From the NCBI GenBank assembly GCA_028702535.1, contig JAQVOR010000001.1:11470-75469 (forward strand): a stretch of DNA of 64,000 nt, written 5' to 3'. Both the position numbers and the translations under genes were made by a program. Numbering within the stretch: position 1 is the stretch's first letter; each line of letters starts with the position of its first letter. Of this stretch, positions 46,526 through 57,642 are shown one piece after another. The DNA is from Bacteroidales bacterium. Lineage in GTDB: Bacteria > Bacteroidota > Bacteroidia > Bacteroidales > ML635J-15. The notes under the pieces were generated by a model. That model searched no databases. It was not told the origin of the DNA and was given only the letters and a program-made list of their open reading frames with translations.

Positions 46526-47542
46526 TTATGATTTCTTTTTTTTAAGAGACCAATTTGAAAGATTTAGATTTTTAGGTTTACGTGGGAACACTTGACTCAT
46601 CTTAATCAATCGATTGTATGATTTGACGTGTCTTTCCTTTTTTGAGTTATAAATATCGGATATATTGATAAGTATTCCAGTTTCTTCGACACCACCAAAT
46701 GCATAATTTTCGACTGTACCAAAGGTTATCATAGATGGCGAAAGATTCATATAAGCATTAATAAGAGGTGGGATTTTCTCACCAACTTTACGAACCATCG
46801 CATTTAATTTTTTATAGTCTGATTCGTAATTATCACCAAAAAAAAGATTTTTAACATTCTCATAGTCAAAATCTACAGGATCTTTAGGCACAATATAACC
46901 AGCTTTATCTGGAAAATACAAATTAAGAAATGATAAAATATAATTACGAGCTTTTAAATCGAAGTGTTTATACATTGTAACTTTTCCGAAGAAATACTTC
47001 ATTTCGGGATACTCAATTATCAAAGCACCTAAGCCATCCCAAAGATTATCTAAGGCAAACATTCCCTTACGGGCATTTCGACCGTACTGATAATTTGGCT
47101 GCACAAAAGATCGGCCTAATTCTATCGTATAAGGCAAAAAGTCTTTTAAAAATGTTTCCGAAAAATCAAATAAATTAGATGTAGCAAGCTTACCGTCTGG
47201 ATCATCAAGCACCGATTCGCCTAGAATAAATCTATAACCTCCAATAATTTCATTTTCATCAGGATCCCAAACAATTAATTGAAGATATGGATCATCAGCT
47301 AAATCATAAGCATCTAAATCAATCGATTTACCAGTGCCTCCACCAGCCATACGAAAAGTAACTTCACGCAATCTCCCTATCTCTTTCATCAAATTTGGAG
47401 AATCCTTATGAGAAAAAACATAAATTTCGGTATTACCATAATTCGACTTGCGAAGCATTTTTTCATCTGTAAGTTCCGAAATCAATAAGTCCTTGCTCAC
47501 AGGTGGTATTATCGGATTCATTAGTGTCATAATCAACCTCAT
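46526..47542 (-). CDS. GNAT-type lipid N-acyltransferase (OlsB/GlsB-like, hemolysin-like annotation class)
   Basis: 338-aa ORF; the start is uncertain, with ATGs at 47542, 47530 and 47521. It carries ...IGRLREVTFRMAGGGTGKSIDLD... and is paired with a PlsC-type acyltransferase, like the glycine-lipid glsB/glsA pair of Bacteroides. Confidence 0.6.
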   Translation of the reverse strand: MRLIMTLMNPIIPPVSKDLLISELTDEKMLRKSNYGNTEIYVFSHKDSPNLMKEIGRLREVTFRMAGGGTGKSIDLDAYDLADDPYLQLIVWDPDENEIIGGYRFILGESVLDDPDGKLATSNLFDFSETFLKDFLPYTIELGRSFVQPNYQYGRNARKGMFALDNLWDGLGALIIEYPEMKYFFGKVTMYKHFDLKARNYILSFLNLYFPDKAGYIVPKDPVDFDYENVKNLFFGDNYESDYKKLNAMVRKVGEKIPPLINAYMNLSPSMITFGTVENYAFGGVEETGILINISDIYNSKKERHVKSYNRLIKMSQVFPRKPKNLNLSNWSLKKKKS

Positions 47543-47586
47543 TTTATTATTATTGCAAAATTAACAAAAATTTGCAAACGATTCTA

Positions 47587-48405
47587 CTATTTTAAGGAAT
47601 ACGCCTTTTTCTTCAGATATTCTGCCCACTCAAGATATGTTCGAGATTTATCAAAAAACGTATAAGAGATAGATTCGCCAAAAACAATTTTTATAGTCCT
47701 CCCCTTTTGCTTAAATGTTTCATTAACAAGATATAGCATCTCAATATTTACTTTAATTCTAAAAAACTTTCTAAGCCTAGCTAGTCGATAAAAAAAGTTT
47801 GAATTGCGTCCTTCAATATATACAGGAATTATATCCCTTTTTGTCTCCACGGCTTTAGTAACAAAGCTTTTTTGCCAAGTAGTATCAACAATTTGCCCAT
47901 TTATTTTACGCGAAACTAAACCAGCCGGAAAAAACAATATTTGCTTTTCCGAACTGTAAGCAGCATTAACCTTCTCGACACCTTCGCGCGTTTGAGCTCC
48001 AACTTTATTAACAGGAACTAAAAGACTATTCATAGGCTTTAGAGCCATTAATAAATCATTCACAATAAACACAAAATGATCAAATTTCTTTGATACAATA
48101 TCCATCAAAACAACGCTTTCCAAACCTCCTAAAGGATGATTTGATGCAAACACAAACCTACCATCTTTCGAGATATTCTCAAACCCACTATATTCAATCC
48201 CAAGCTCCATATAAGAAATCATCTCCCTAACAAAATCCATATTCTCAATTCCAGCACGAGTTTTAAAAAAATTATTTAACTCTTCCTGATGTATTATTTT
48301 TTCTAAATATCTAATCACAAACCGAGGAACCCTTCTTGCAAGTTTTTGGTTTTTCGAACTTAATATCTCACGCACATCAATATAAAGTGGCTTTTCATCT
48401 GCCAT
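47587..48405 (-). CDS. PlsC-family lysolipid O-acyltransferase (OlsA/GlsA-like)
   Basis: The ATG at 48405 gives MADEKPLYID... The acyltransferase motifs are NHPLGGLE (HX4D/E type) and FPAG. Confidence 0.65.
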   Translation of the reverse strand: MADEKPLYIDVREILSSKNQKLARRVPRFVIRYLEKIIHQEELNNFFKTRAGIENMDFVREMISYMELGIEYSGFENISKDGRFVFASNHPLGGLESVVLMDIVSKKFDHFVFIVNDLLMALKPMNSLLVPVNKVGAQTREGVEKVNAAYSSEKQILFFPAGLVSRKINGQIVDTTWQKSFVTKAVETKRDIIPVYIEGRNSNFFYRLARLRKFFRIKVNIEMLYLVNETFKQKGRTIKIVFGESISYTFFDKSRTYLEWAEYLKKKAYSLK

Positions 48406-48507
48406 AATTCTATTTGTTAATTTCTTACAAAAATAAAACAATTTTCCAATATACACAAACCCCTGACTATAAGTGTTTTACACATTTTAAAATTAAAAGT
48501 TATCAAC

Positions 48508-48550
48508 AATGTGGAGAAATGTGGGGAAAAATGTGCTAAAGTGGGGAATA
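48508..48550 (+). promoter_or_regulatory. Phased GTGG direct repeats upstream of mraZ (candidate MraZ operator)
   Basis: The sequence is AATGTGGAGAAATGTGGGGAAAAATGTGCTAAAGTGGGGAAT. GTGG starts at 48511, 48521 and 48541, an exact 10-nt register. A degenerate GTGC at 48533 lies between them. The last box ends 40-50 nt upstream of the mraZ start. Confidence 0.6.
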
Positions 48551-48589
48551 ATATATATACTTTTACCTACACATTAAAAAATGCAATTT

Positions 48590-49057
48590 ATGTTTGTTGG
48601 TGAGCACAATGGAAAACTAGATAACAAGGGCAGAATAATCTTTCCGGGGCAATTAAAGCGTCAAATTCCTGAGGAGGAACAAAGCTTAGCTTTAGTGCTT
48701 AAGAAAGACATTTACGAAAAATGCCTGATTTTATACACCGTAAGTGAGTGGGAATATCAAACCAATATCATAAAGAATAAATTAAATCCTTTCAACAAAC
48801 GGCATTCTGACTTTTTGCGTGAATATTATCGTGGCACAGCAGAGTTGTATTTAGATTCGAGCAATCGACTACTGATTCCAAAAAAACTTCTTGATTACAT
48901 AGGAGCAGATAAGGAATTAGTTTTTGCTGGTCAGAAAGGCAAAATAGAGATTTGGGCAAACGAAAATTATAATTCAAAACAAATCACAGAAGAAGATTTT
49001 GCTGATTTAGCAAATGACATTTTAGGTGGTAGTTTTGGTTTTTACAATGAGGACTAA
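48590..49057 (+). CDS. mraZ: Transcriptional regulator MraZ
   Basis: MFVGEHNGKLDNKGRIIFP... followed by a second SpoVT/AbrB-like half (...DSSNRLLIPKKL...). The track ORF starts 9 nt earlier, at 48581. Confidence 0.9.
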   Translation: MFVGEHNGKLDNKGRIIFPGQLKRQIPEEEQSLALVLKKDIYEKCLILYTVSEWEYQTNIIKNKLNPFNKRHSDFLREYYRGTAELYLDSSNRLLIPKKLLDYIGADKELVFAGQKGKIEIWANENYNSKQITEEDFADLANDILGGSFGFYNED

Positions 49058-49060
49058 GCT

Positions 49061-49957
49061 ATGTATCATAAACCCGTTCTGTTAAATAAAAGCATCGAAG
49101 GTCTCAATATCAATCCTGACGGGATTTACTTTGATGTTACTTTTGGCGGTGGTGGTCATTCCAAAGAGATACTAAAAAACCTATCCAACAAAGGGCACTT
49201 ATATGCAATAGATAGAGATCCAGATGCTCACAAAAACACAATAGACGACAAGCGTTTTACCTTAATTTATGGCAATTTTAGATATATCAAAAACTATATT
49301 GAGTTTTACAAACTTGATGGTATCGATGGGATTTTAGCTGACTTTGGCGTTTCGTCGCACCAATTTGATATTAGTGACCGAGGATTTTCGTTTCGTTTGG
49401 GGGGGAATTTGGATATGAGAATGAATCCCGAACAAACTACAAAAGCTTCGGATATTCTCAATCAATATTCTGATGAAGATCTTTACAGAATTTTTAAAAC
49501 CTATTGCGACATACATAACCCTGGGAAATTAGTAAAAAGCATAGTTGAGTATCGTCAACAAAATACTTTTGAAGATATAGAAGGTTTTATTGAATTATTA
49601 AGGCCCATAATGCCCTATAATCGAGAAATAAAATATAAAGCACAAATTTTTCAAGCTTTACGCATAGAGGTAAATGATGAGATAAACTCCCTAAACGAAT
49701 TTTTGGACACAATATCAGCAGTGCTTCATAAAGGTGGGCGGCTTTCGGCCATATCTTACCATTCTCTCGAAGACAGACCAGTCAAAAACCTCATCAAAAC
49801 GGGAAACACAAAGGGAAACTTAGAAAAAGATATTTTTGGACAAACAGATTTACCTTTTAAAGCAATTAACAGAAAAATTATTATCCCTAACGAACAAGAA
49901 ATAAACGAAAATCCTAGAGCAAAATCGGCAAAATTAAGAATAGCAGAAAAGATATGA
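49061..49957 (+). CDS. rsmH: 16S rRNA (cytosine1402-N4)-methyltransferase
   Basis: 298-aa ORF: YHKPVLL...DVTFGGGGHS...DFGVSSHQFD...SYHSLEDR. Confidence 0.95.
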   Translation: MYHKPVLLNKSIEGLNINPDGIYFDVTFGGGGHSKEILKNLSNKGHLYAIDRDPDAHKNTIDDKRFTLIYGNFRYIKNYIEFYKLDGIDGILADFGVSSHQFDISDRGFSFRLGGNLDMRMNPEQTTKASDILNQYSDEDLYRIFKTYCDIHNPGKLVKSIVEYRQQNTFEDIEGFIELLRPIMPYNREIKYKAQIFQALRIEVNDEINSLNEFLDTISAVLHKGGRLSAISYHSLEDRPVKNLIKTGNTKGNLEKDIFGQTDLPFKAINRKIIIPNEQEINENPRAKSAKLRIAEKI

Positions 49958-50313
49958 GTAAACCAAATAAGATAACAAAAAAAGAAATTAAGGCTACCTT
50001 CCGTGGATTTGTAAACGGATCGATAGTTGCCTCTGACATTGTCAGAAAGCAAATTCCTTTTATCATTGTTATTTTTATTCTTGGATTAATATATATATCA
50101 AACAGATTTCACGCCGAAAAAGTATTTAGAGAAACTGAAGAGACTCAAAAACTTATCGAAGATCTACGAGCAGAAAAAATTGAAATTCAGTCGGAGCTAA
50201 TGACAATTAGTCGCAGAGGTAAGATTTTAACAATGCTAAAAGAAAAAGGGTCTAATCTTGAAGAAGCAAGCACACCGCCAAAAAAAATATCATACTATAT
50301 TGATACCGAATGA
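49954..50313 (+). CDS. ftsL: FtsL-like cell-division protein
   Basis: 119-aa bitopic protein (transmembrane segment then coiled coil) between rsmH and ftsI. It overlaps both neighbours by 4 nt. Confidence 0.7.
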   Translation: MSKPNKITKKEIKATFRGFVNGSIVASDIVRKQIPFIIVIFILGLIYISNRFHAEKVFRETEETQKLIEDLRAEKIEIQSELMTISRRGKILTMLKEKGSNLEEASTPPKKISYYIDTE

Positions 50314-52412
50314 GCGATAGAACAAACATATTAGCCAAGCTTAATATTGTATATATTCTACTAATGGCCTTCGGGTTTCTCATTATTGGTAAAATAATTT
50401 ATTATCAGTTTTTCTATGATAAAGAGATCATAAACAATGCCTTAAAAACAACACGCATTTACACATCTATTGAACCAATCAGAGGCGATATATATTCTAA
50501 TGACGGGAAATTACTTGCGACATCGGTAGCATATTTTGAGGCAGGAATCGACCTTAATTGCGATGCAATCACACAAAAAATATTTGATTACAATATTGAT
50601 TCACTTACCTTATGTTTAGGGCAATTATTTGATGATAAAACAACTGAAGAGTATAAAAGCGAGATGATAGACGCAAGAGATAGCGGCTCAAGATATTATC
50701 GTTTTAGCTACAATATTTCTTATTCTGATTTTAAAAAACTTTCTGCATTTCCCTTACTTCGAAACGGAAGGATAAAAGGTGGATTTGTTTATCAAAAGAC
50801 TTTCAAAAGAGAAAAACCGTTTGGAGAACTTGCTCGCCGTACAATAGGAACGGTTGCTTCTCCTCGCAGGATAGGTGTCGGATTAGAAGATGCTTTTGAC
50901 GAATTTCTTAGAGGTGTCGAGGGATATACAGTAAAAGAAAGAATACCAGGGAATTTGTGGATGCCAGTTGAAGATGCCCAATATGTGGAGCCAAAAGACG
51001 GATTAGACCTAATTACTACTATAGATATTGGTTTACAAGATGTTGCCGAAACTGCTTTAGAATCACAATTGCGTAAACATAATGCCGAATATGGCACAGT
51101 TGTACTTATGGAAGTAAAAACAGGAAAAGTAAAAGCAATTGCAAATCTAAAAAAGCATCCCGAAGGGTTTTACTACGAAGAATTGAACTTTGCAGTAGGC
51201 AACGCCAGCGACCCTGGATCTACTTTTAAACTAGCCTCATTAATTGTAGCAATTGAAGACGGGTACGTTAAACCAGAGCAAATGGTTGAAACTGGAGATG
51301 GCACTATTGTTTATTATAAGAAAAAAATGAAAGATTCTCGCGAGGGTGGCTATGGCAAGATTTCATTACAAAGAGTTTTTGAAGTATCGTCAAATGTCGG
51401 TATTTCAAAAGTTATCAGAGATGCGTACAAAGACAAACAATCGCAATTTGTTGAGGGACTGAGAAAACTCAATTTAGACAAACCTCTTGGTGTTACGATA
51501 AAAGGAGAAGCTATCCCAGTAATTCATAAACCTGGCGATGCCGAATGGTCGGGACTTTCTCTGACCCAAATGTCGATTGGTTATGAGCTGCAAATAACAC
51601 CCTTACAAATGCTTGCATTTTATAATGCGATTGCTAATAACGGAATAATGGTCAAACCGATTTTTGCCGAAGCATTAACATATAGAGGAGAGCTTGTCAA
51701 AGTTTTTGAACCCGAAGTAATTAACCCACAATTATGCTCCCAAACTACCATTGCAATTGTAAAACCCATGCTTGAAGGTGTTGTCGAAAATGGTACAGCA
51801 ATTAATATTCGCAGCGAGAACTACAAAATTGCAGGCAAAACAGGTACTGCACAAATTAACTACGGTAACGACACGCTACCCACCGAATATCACGCTTCAT
51901 TTGTTGGATACTTCCCTGCCGATGCTCCTGAGTATTCGTGCATAGTTTCTATTTACAAACCTCGCAGAAATGGATTTTATGGTAATATCGTTGCTGGTCC
52001 AGTATTTAAAGAAATTGCAGATAAAGTATATGCGACAAATCCAAAATTTCACAGATTTACATCGAATTTTACAGTAGCACAGACCATCCCTTATGCAAAA
52101 AATGGTAATAAAGTAGAAACTGAGAAGGTGTTTAACTGGCTGCAAATTATTACCAATTATAATCATGTGGGACAAACTGAATGGGTAAAGCCTTCAATTG
52201 ATGGACATAAAATTAAATATAATCCAATAAACTACAGCGATAAAACCAAAGTCCCCAATGTTATTAATATGGGATTAAAAGATGCTTTGGTAATATTAGA
52301 AACTTATGGATTAAAACCGATTGTAAAAGGAAGAGGAAAAGTAGTGAGACAATCTCCCGCACCAAATAGTTCTTTCAATAAAAATGATCAAATTACAATT
52401 ACATTAAAATGA
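50310..52412 (+). CDS. ftsI: Class B penicillin-binding protein (FtsI/PBP3) with C-terminal PASTA domain
   Basis: 700-aa ORF with SxxK (GSTFK), SxN (SSN) and KTG (GKTGTA) motifs. The C-terminal ~65 aa are PASTA-like (VPNVINMGLKDALVILETYGLKP...). Confidence 0.9.
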   Translation: MSDRTNILAKLNIVYILLMAFGFLIIGKIIYYQFFYDKEIINNALKTTRIYTSIEPIRGDIYSNDGKLLATSVAYFEAGIDLNCDAITQKIFDYNIDSLTLCLGQLFDDKTTEEYKSEMIDARDSGSRYYRFSYNISYSDFKKLSAFPLLRNGRIKGGFVYQKTFKREKPFGELARRTIGTVASPRRIGVGLEDAFDEFLRGVEGYTVKERIPGNLWMPVEDAQYVEPKDGLDLITTIDIGLQDVAETALESQLRKHNAEYGTVVLMEVKTGKVKAIANLKKHPEGFYYEELNFAVGNASDPGSTFKLASLIVAIEDGYVKPEQMVETGDGTIVYYKKKMKDSREGGYGKISLQRVFEVSSNVGISKVIRDAYKDKQSQFVEGLRKLNLDKPLGVTIKGEAIPVIHKPGDAEWSGLSLTQMSIGYELQITPLQMLAFYNAIANNGIMVKPIFAEALTYRGELVKVFEPEVINPQLCSQTTIAIVKPMLEGVVENGTAINIRSENYKIAGKTGTAQINYGNDTLPTEYHASFVGYFPADAPEYSCIVSIYKPRRNGFYGNIVAGPVFKEIADKVYATNPKFHRFTSNFTVAQTIPYAKNGNKVETEKVFNWLQIITNYNHVGQTEWVKPSIDGHKIKYNPINYSDKTKVPNVINMGLKDALVILETYGLKPIVKGRGKVVRQSPAPNSSFNKNDQITITLK

Positions 52413-53869
52413 TTGAGTTAAATAAAATATTATCCAAATTAAATCCGTTGGCGACACAGATAAACAATAGCTTGTGTTTTGCAAAACCAGAATTTGACTC
52501 TCGTAAAGTTGAAAAAAACGACATCTTTTTTGCAATAAAAGGAAGCCTGACAGATGGACACCAGTTTATTGAAAAAGCAATCTCAAACGGAGCTACTATA
52601 ATTGTATGCGAAGACTTTCCGCAAGAGCTAAACGCCAAAGTATCGTATATTAAAGTAAAATCAAGTTCCGAAACCCTTGGTATTATTGCTTCTGCATATT
52701 ACGACAACCCATCGAAAAAAATAAAACTCATAGGCATTACTGGTACAAATGGTAAAACAACAATTGCTACAAGTTTGTACAATCTTAGCAAATCTTTAGG
52801 ATACAAAACTGGCTTAATATCAACCATAAAAATTGTAATAGATAACGAAACAATAAATGCAACACATACAACTCCCGATCAAATAACATTAAATAAGTAT
52901 CTAAGCCAAATGTCTAATAAAGGCTGTGAATATTGCTTTATGGAGGTAAGTTCACATGCCACAGTACAAAATCGAATATTCGGATTAAGTTTTTATGGTG
53001 GGGTATTTACTAATATCACTCACGACCATCTTGATTTTCACAAAACATTTTCGGAATATATTAAAGCAAAGCAAAAGTTTTTTGATTTACTTCCTAAAAC
53101 GGCTTATGCACTTACTAACGATGACGATAAAAATGGGAAAGTAATATTACAGAACTCAAAAGCTCGCAAATTTTCATACTCGTTAAACTCCATTTCTGAT
53201 TACAAAGCAAAAATAATTGAAAGTCATTTTGATTCTACGTTGTTAAACATTCAGCAACATGAATTATGGACAAGTTTTGTCGGTCGTTTCAATGCCTATA
53301 ACCTACTTGCAGTTTATGCCACAGCAGTATTGTCGGGAATGAAAGAAGACGATGTATTAACAGGAATAAGCCTCTTAAAACCAGTTGAAGGTCGATTTGA
53401 AACATTAAAATCAGTTTCGGGAATCAGTGCAATAGTCGATTACGCCCATACTCCTGATGCAGTAGAAAATGTTTTATCCACAATTGCCAATGTACTCAAC
53501 GGACAAGGACGTATAATTACTGTAATTGGAGCAGGTGGAGACAGAGACACTAGTAAAAGACCCGAAATGGCAGCGATTGCAGTCAAAATGAGCGATAAAG
53601 TAATATTAACTTCTGATAATCCCAGAACCGAAGACCCCGAAAAAATCCTTGAGGATATGCAAAAGGGTATCAATATAGCCAATAAAAGAAAGACATTAAA
53701 AATTACAGATCGTGCCGAAGCTATCAGAACCGCATGTATGATGGCTCAACCAGGTGATGTAATACTTATTGCAGGAAAAGGACACGAAAAATATCAAGAG
53801 ATAAACGGTGTAAGACACCACTTTGATGACAAAGAAATATTATTAGAAACTTTTAAAGAAATAAACTAA
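52409..53869 (+). CDS. murE: UDP-MurNAc-L-Ala-D-Glu:meso-DAP ligase
   Basis: 486-aa ORF with [10 protein letters not shown] and a C-terminal DNPR motif (SDNPRTEDP). Confidence 0.9.
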   Translation: MIELNKILSKLNPLATQINNSLCFAKPEFDSRKVEKNDIFFAIKGSLTDGHQFIEKAISNGATIIVCEDFPQELNAKVSYIKVKSSSETLGIIASAYYDNPSKKIKLIGITGTNGKTTIATSLYNLSKSLGYKTGLISTIKIVIDNETINATHTTPDQITLNKYLSQMSNKGCEYCFMEVSSHATVQNRIFGLSFYGGVFTNITHDHLDFHKTFSEYIKAKQKFFDLLPKTAYALTNDDDKNGKVILQNSKARKFSYSLNSISDYKAKIIESHFDSTLLNIQQHELWTSFVGRFNAYNLLAVYATAVLSGMKEDDVLTGISLLKPVEGRFETLKSVSGISAIVDYAHTPDAVENVLSTIANVLNGQGRIITVIGAGGDRDTSKRPEMAAIAVKMSDKVILTSDNPRTEDPEKILEDMQKGINIANKRKTLKITDRAEAIRTACMMAQPGDVILIAGKGHEKYQEINGVRHHFDDKEILLETFKEIN

Positions 53870-55110
53870 TGCTGTACTATTTATTTAAATATCTTAATGA
53901 GTTAGGCTTAGCAGGAGCAGGTGTTTTCGAGTATATCACTTTTCGAGCTGCGATGGCGGTAATCACATCACTAATTGTAAGTATATTTTTTGGAAAGAAA
54001 ATCATCAGAGCTCTCCAAAGAAGACAAATAGGAGAAGAAATACGAGATCTCAACCTCGAAGGTCAAATGCAAAAGAAAGGCACTCCTACAATGGGAGGTA
54101 TCATTATTATTCTTGCAATACTTATACCCACATTATTATTTGCAAAACTCGATAACATCTATGTTATTTTAATGCTAATCACAACTGTTTGGCTAGGATT
54201 TATTGGCTTTATGGATGATTATTTAAAAATCAAACATAAAAACAAAGAGGGTCTTAGAGGTATTTATAAAATCTTAGCCCAAATCGCTCTCGGTTTTATG
54301 GTTGGAGGGATTCTATACTTTTCGGATGATGTAGTTATAAGAACTGTATCTTATGGTTGCACCGACCAACAAATAGTGGAAGTTGTTGATAATCCAAACT
54401 GCACAGAATTTGTAGAATATATCGATATTAAATCAACCAAAACGACTATCCCATTCTTAAAAAACAATGAATTTGATTATGCCAAAATAGTATGGTTTCT
54501 TGGAGATAATGCGGCAAAAATTGGTTGGTTTGTTTTTATTATAGCTACAATTCTCATCGTAACGGCAGTTTCAAATGGTGCTAATCTTACCGATGGGCTT
54601 GATGGGCTTGCTACTGGCACATCAGCTATTATCGGTGCAACTTTAGGGATATTGGCTTATGTATCTGGTAACCGGATTGCTGCGGAATATTTACATATAT
54701 TATATATCCCAAATACTGGAGAGTTGGTAATATATATGGCCTCATTTATTGGTGCTGCAATTGGTTTTTTATGGTATAATTCGTATCCTGCACAAGTTTT
54801 TATGGGCGATACTGGAAGTCTAACAATAGGTGGGATTATTGCAGTTTTTGCGATTATAATAAAAAAAGAATTACTTATCCCAATTCTATGTGGTGTCTTT
54901 TTGATTGAAAGCGTATCGGTAATGATGCAAGTCAGTTACTTTAAATACACTAAACGAAGATATGGCGAAGGCAGGCGTATCTTTAAAATGGCACCATTGC
55001 ATCATCATTTTCAAAAACAAGGATACCCAGAGCCCAAAATAGTAACCAGATTTTGGATTATATCACTGATGCTGGCAGTTATTTCGATTATAACTCTTAA
55101 ACTTAGATAA
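53869..55110 (+). CDS. mraY: Phospho-N-acetylmuramoyl-pentapeptide transferase
   Basis: 413-aa polytopic ORF with ...KGTPTMGG..., ...[10 protein letters not shown]..., ...FMGDTGS..., ...APLHHHF... Confidence 0.95.
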   Translation: MLYYLFKYLNELGLAGAGVFEYITFRAAMAVITSLIVSIFFGKKIIRALQRRQIGEEIRDLNLEGQMQKKGTPTMGGIIIILAILIPTLLFAKLDNIYVILMLITTVWLGFIGFMDDYLKIKHKNKEGLRGIYKILAQIALGFMVGGILYFSDDVVIRTVSYGCTDQQIVEVVDNPNCTEFVEYIDIKSTKTTIPFLKNNEFDYAKIVWFLGDNAAKIGWFVFIIATILIVTAVSNGANLTDGLDGLATGTSAIIGATLGILAYVSGNRIAAEYLHILYIPNTGELVIYMASFIGAAIGFLWYNSYPAQVFMGDTGSLTIGGIIAVFAIIIKKELLIPILCGVFLIESVSVMMQVSYFKYTKRRYGEGRRIFKMAPLHHHFQKQGYPEPKIVTRFWIISLMLAVISIITLKLR

Positions 55111-55112
55111 TT

Positions 55113-56462
55113 GTGAGAAAAAGAATTGTCATATTAGGATCGGGCGAAAGCGGCACTGGAGCAGCAGTACTTGCAGCCTTACAAGACTTTGATGTATTTG
55201 TTTCAGATAAATCATCAATTGAAGAAAAATACAAAAAAGTTCTAAAAGAATATAATGTGCAATTCGAGGAGAACCAACATAGCCCAGAGCTTATTTTAAA
55301 TGCTGACGAAGTTATTAAAAGCCCTGGCATACCAGACACAGTACCAATAGTTGTAAAATTATTGGAATCGGGAGTCCCAGTTATTTCGGAACTTGAATTT
55401 GCTGCACGATATACTCAAGCAGTTAAAATCTGCATCACTGGTAGTAACGGTAAAACTACAACAGCAATGCTAACCTATCATATTCTTCAAAAAGCAAGAT
55501 TAAATGTTGGATTAGCAGGGAATATAGGAAAAAGTTTCGCATATCAAGTCGCAACGGAAAATTTCGATTACTATGTAATTGAGATTAGCAGTTTTCAGCT
55601 TGATAATATGTATCAATTTAAAAGTGAGCTTTCAATTTTATTGAACATCACTCCCGATCATCTTGACAGATACGATTACAAATTTCAAAACTATGTTGAT
55701 TCTAAATTTCGCATACTACAAAACACCTCAAACAAAGAAAGTTTTATTTATTGCTCAGATGATGAGACGATAATAAAAGAAATTAAAAAGCGAAATATAA
55801 CAACAACTCAGTTCGAGTTTTCACAAACAAAAAAAAGTGTTGAAAACGGAGCATATCTTAATAAAACAGAGAATGAAATCAATTATATATCTAACAATAA
55901 ACAGCAAATGACTATGCAAATCGATGACCTAGCGATTAAAGGGAAACACAATGTGTACAACTCAATGGCAGCAGGAATAATTGCCCAATGTCTGAACATT
56001 AGAAAAGACATTATCAGAGAGAGTCTGATAGATTTTCGTAATGTAGCACACAGATTAGAGTCAGTTATAAGTGTACATGGAATAAAATTTATCAACGACT
56101 CAAAAGCCACAAATGTAAATTCGGTTTGGTATGCTTTAGAATCAGTAGAATCTAACATAGTATGGATAGTTGGAGGCATTGATAAAGGAAATGATTACAG
56201 TATTCTTACCGATCTTGTCAAATCAAAAGTTAAAGCAATTGTGTGTCTTGGTAAAGACAACACCGCTTTACATAAAGCTTTTGGAGATATAGTACCAAAA
56301 ATAGTAGATACTGGCTCAATGCTCGAAGCAGTTAGAACAGCTTATTATCTTGGTAAAAAAGATGATACTGTTTTATTATCACCAGCTTGTGCAAGTTTCG
56401 ACCTTTTCGACAATTACGAAGACAGAGGTAACCAATTCAAATTAGCAGTAAGAACATTATAA
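55113..56462 (+). CDS. murD: UDP-MurNAc-L-Ala:D-Glu ligase
   Basis: 449-aa ORF with a GTG start, ITGSNGKTTT and the expected dcw position. Confidence 0.9.
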   Translation: MRKRIVILGSGESGTGAAVLAALQDFDVFVSDKSSIEEKYKKVLKEYNVQFEENQHSPELILNADEVIKSPGIPDTVPIVVKLLESGVPVISELEFAARYTQAVKICITGSNGKTTTAMLTYHILQKARLNVGLAGNIGKSFAYQVATENFDYYVIEISSFQLDNMYQFKSELSILLNITPDHLDRYDYKFQNYVDSKFRILQNTSNKESFIYCSDDETIIKEIKKRNITTTQFEFSQTKKSVENGAYLNKTENEINYISNNKQQMTMQIDDLAIKGKHNVYNSMAAGIIAQCLNIRKDIIRESLIDFRNVAHRLESVISVHGIKFINDSKATNVNSVWYALESVESNIVWIVGGIDKGNDYSILTDLVKSKVKAIVCLGKDNTALHKAFGDIVPKIVDTGSMLEAVRTAYYLGKKDDTVLLSPACASFDLFDNYEDRGNQFKLAVRTL

Positions 56463-56463
56463 A

Positions 56464-57642
56464 ATGAAATTGAGCAGTGCAAATATTTTTCGTGGCGACC
56501 GAGGTATATGGATAATAATTTTATTCTTATTCCTATACTCCGTAATCTCAGTTTATAGTGCGTCGGCACAACTGGCTTTCAGGTCTTCGTCAGGAAGCAC
56601 GACCTTTTTCTTGCTCAAACAAATTTTTTATTTGCTTATTGCAGTTTCTGCTATTGTTATCGTTCACAACGTACCTTACAAATATTTTAGTCGTATATCG
56701 GTTTACCTTTGGTATTTATCACTTGCATTACTTGTTTTTACTCTTATCTGGGGAATGAACGTTAATGATGCTAGACGATGGATACAATTACCTGGTGGCA
56801 TAACCTTCCAAACTTCCGATTTTGCAAAGCTTACATTACTAATGTATTTAAGCCGAAACCTCTCTTTAAAAGAAGCGGAATTAAAAACCTTTAAAGGGGT
56901 TCTTAAAAAAATATTTGTTCCAATAGTTATAACTTGCGGCTTAATATTTCCCGAAGACCTTTCAACGGCCGTATTGTTATTTGGCATAAGTATGCTTCTT
57001 GTGATATACAGTCGCGTAAAATTAAAGTTTATCGCAATGATGCTAGCAATTGTATTGGGAGTTGGCTTAATGTTACTTTTGGCAATAAAAGCCTATCCCG
57101 ACCAAGGGAGATTCAAGACTTGGAATAATCGATTTGAAAGCTTTATGGATCCCAACGATCAGGAAAACATACAAGAAGTACACTCAAAAATTGCCGTGGC
57201 AACAGGCGGATTATTTGGGAAAGGACCCGGAAAATCAAGCCAAAGAAACATCCTACCTCACCCCTATTCCGACTACATTTTTGCAGTTATTGTGGAAGAA
57301 TTAGGACTGATATTTGGAGCAATACCTTTAATAGCTTTGTATTTATACTTATTTCTGCGCTCGAAAAAAATCGTCAAAAAGGTAAATCGAAAGTTTGGTG
57401 CATATCTAACTGCGGGACTATCAAGTTTGATAGTGTTACAAGCCTTATCTAATATGGCGGTAGCAACTAATATTTTCCCAGTAACAGGTCAGTCATTGCC
57501 TTTTGTTAGTTATGGTGGCACATCTATTTTCTTTACTGGAATCGCTCTTGGCATTATACTTAGTGTAAGTCAAAGTGTGCAAGAGCCAGCACAAGAAAAA
57601 TCTAATAATGTCGAAACTCAAAATCAGGAAAACGATGAATAA
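56464..57642 (+). CDS. ftsW: SEDS-family peptidoglycan polymerase FtsW
   Basis: 392-aa ORF with ~10 transmembrane helices and ...HSDYIFAVIVEELG... and ...LPFVSYGGTS... motifs. Confidence 0.9.
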   Translation: MKLSSANIFRGDRGIWIIILFLFLYSVISVYSASAQLAFRSSSGSTTFFLLKQIFYLLIAVSAIVIVHNVPYKYFSRISVYLWYLSLALLVFTLIWGMNVNDARRWIQLPGGITFQTSDFAKLTLLMYLSRNLSLKEAELKTFKGVLKKIFVPIVITCGLIFPEDLSTAVLLFGISMLLVIYSRVKLKFIAMMLAIVLGVGLMLLLAIKAYPDQGRFKTWNNRFESFMDPNDQENIQEVHSKIAVATGGLFGKGPGKSSQRNILPHPYSDYIFAVIVEELGLIFGAIPLIALYLYLFLRSKKIVKKVNRKFGAYLTAGLSSLIVLQALSNMAVATNIFPVTGQSLPFVSYGGTSIFFTGIALGIILSVSQSVQEPAQEKSNNVETQNQENDE

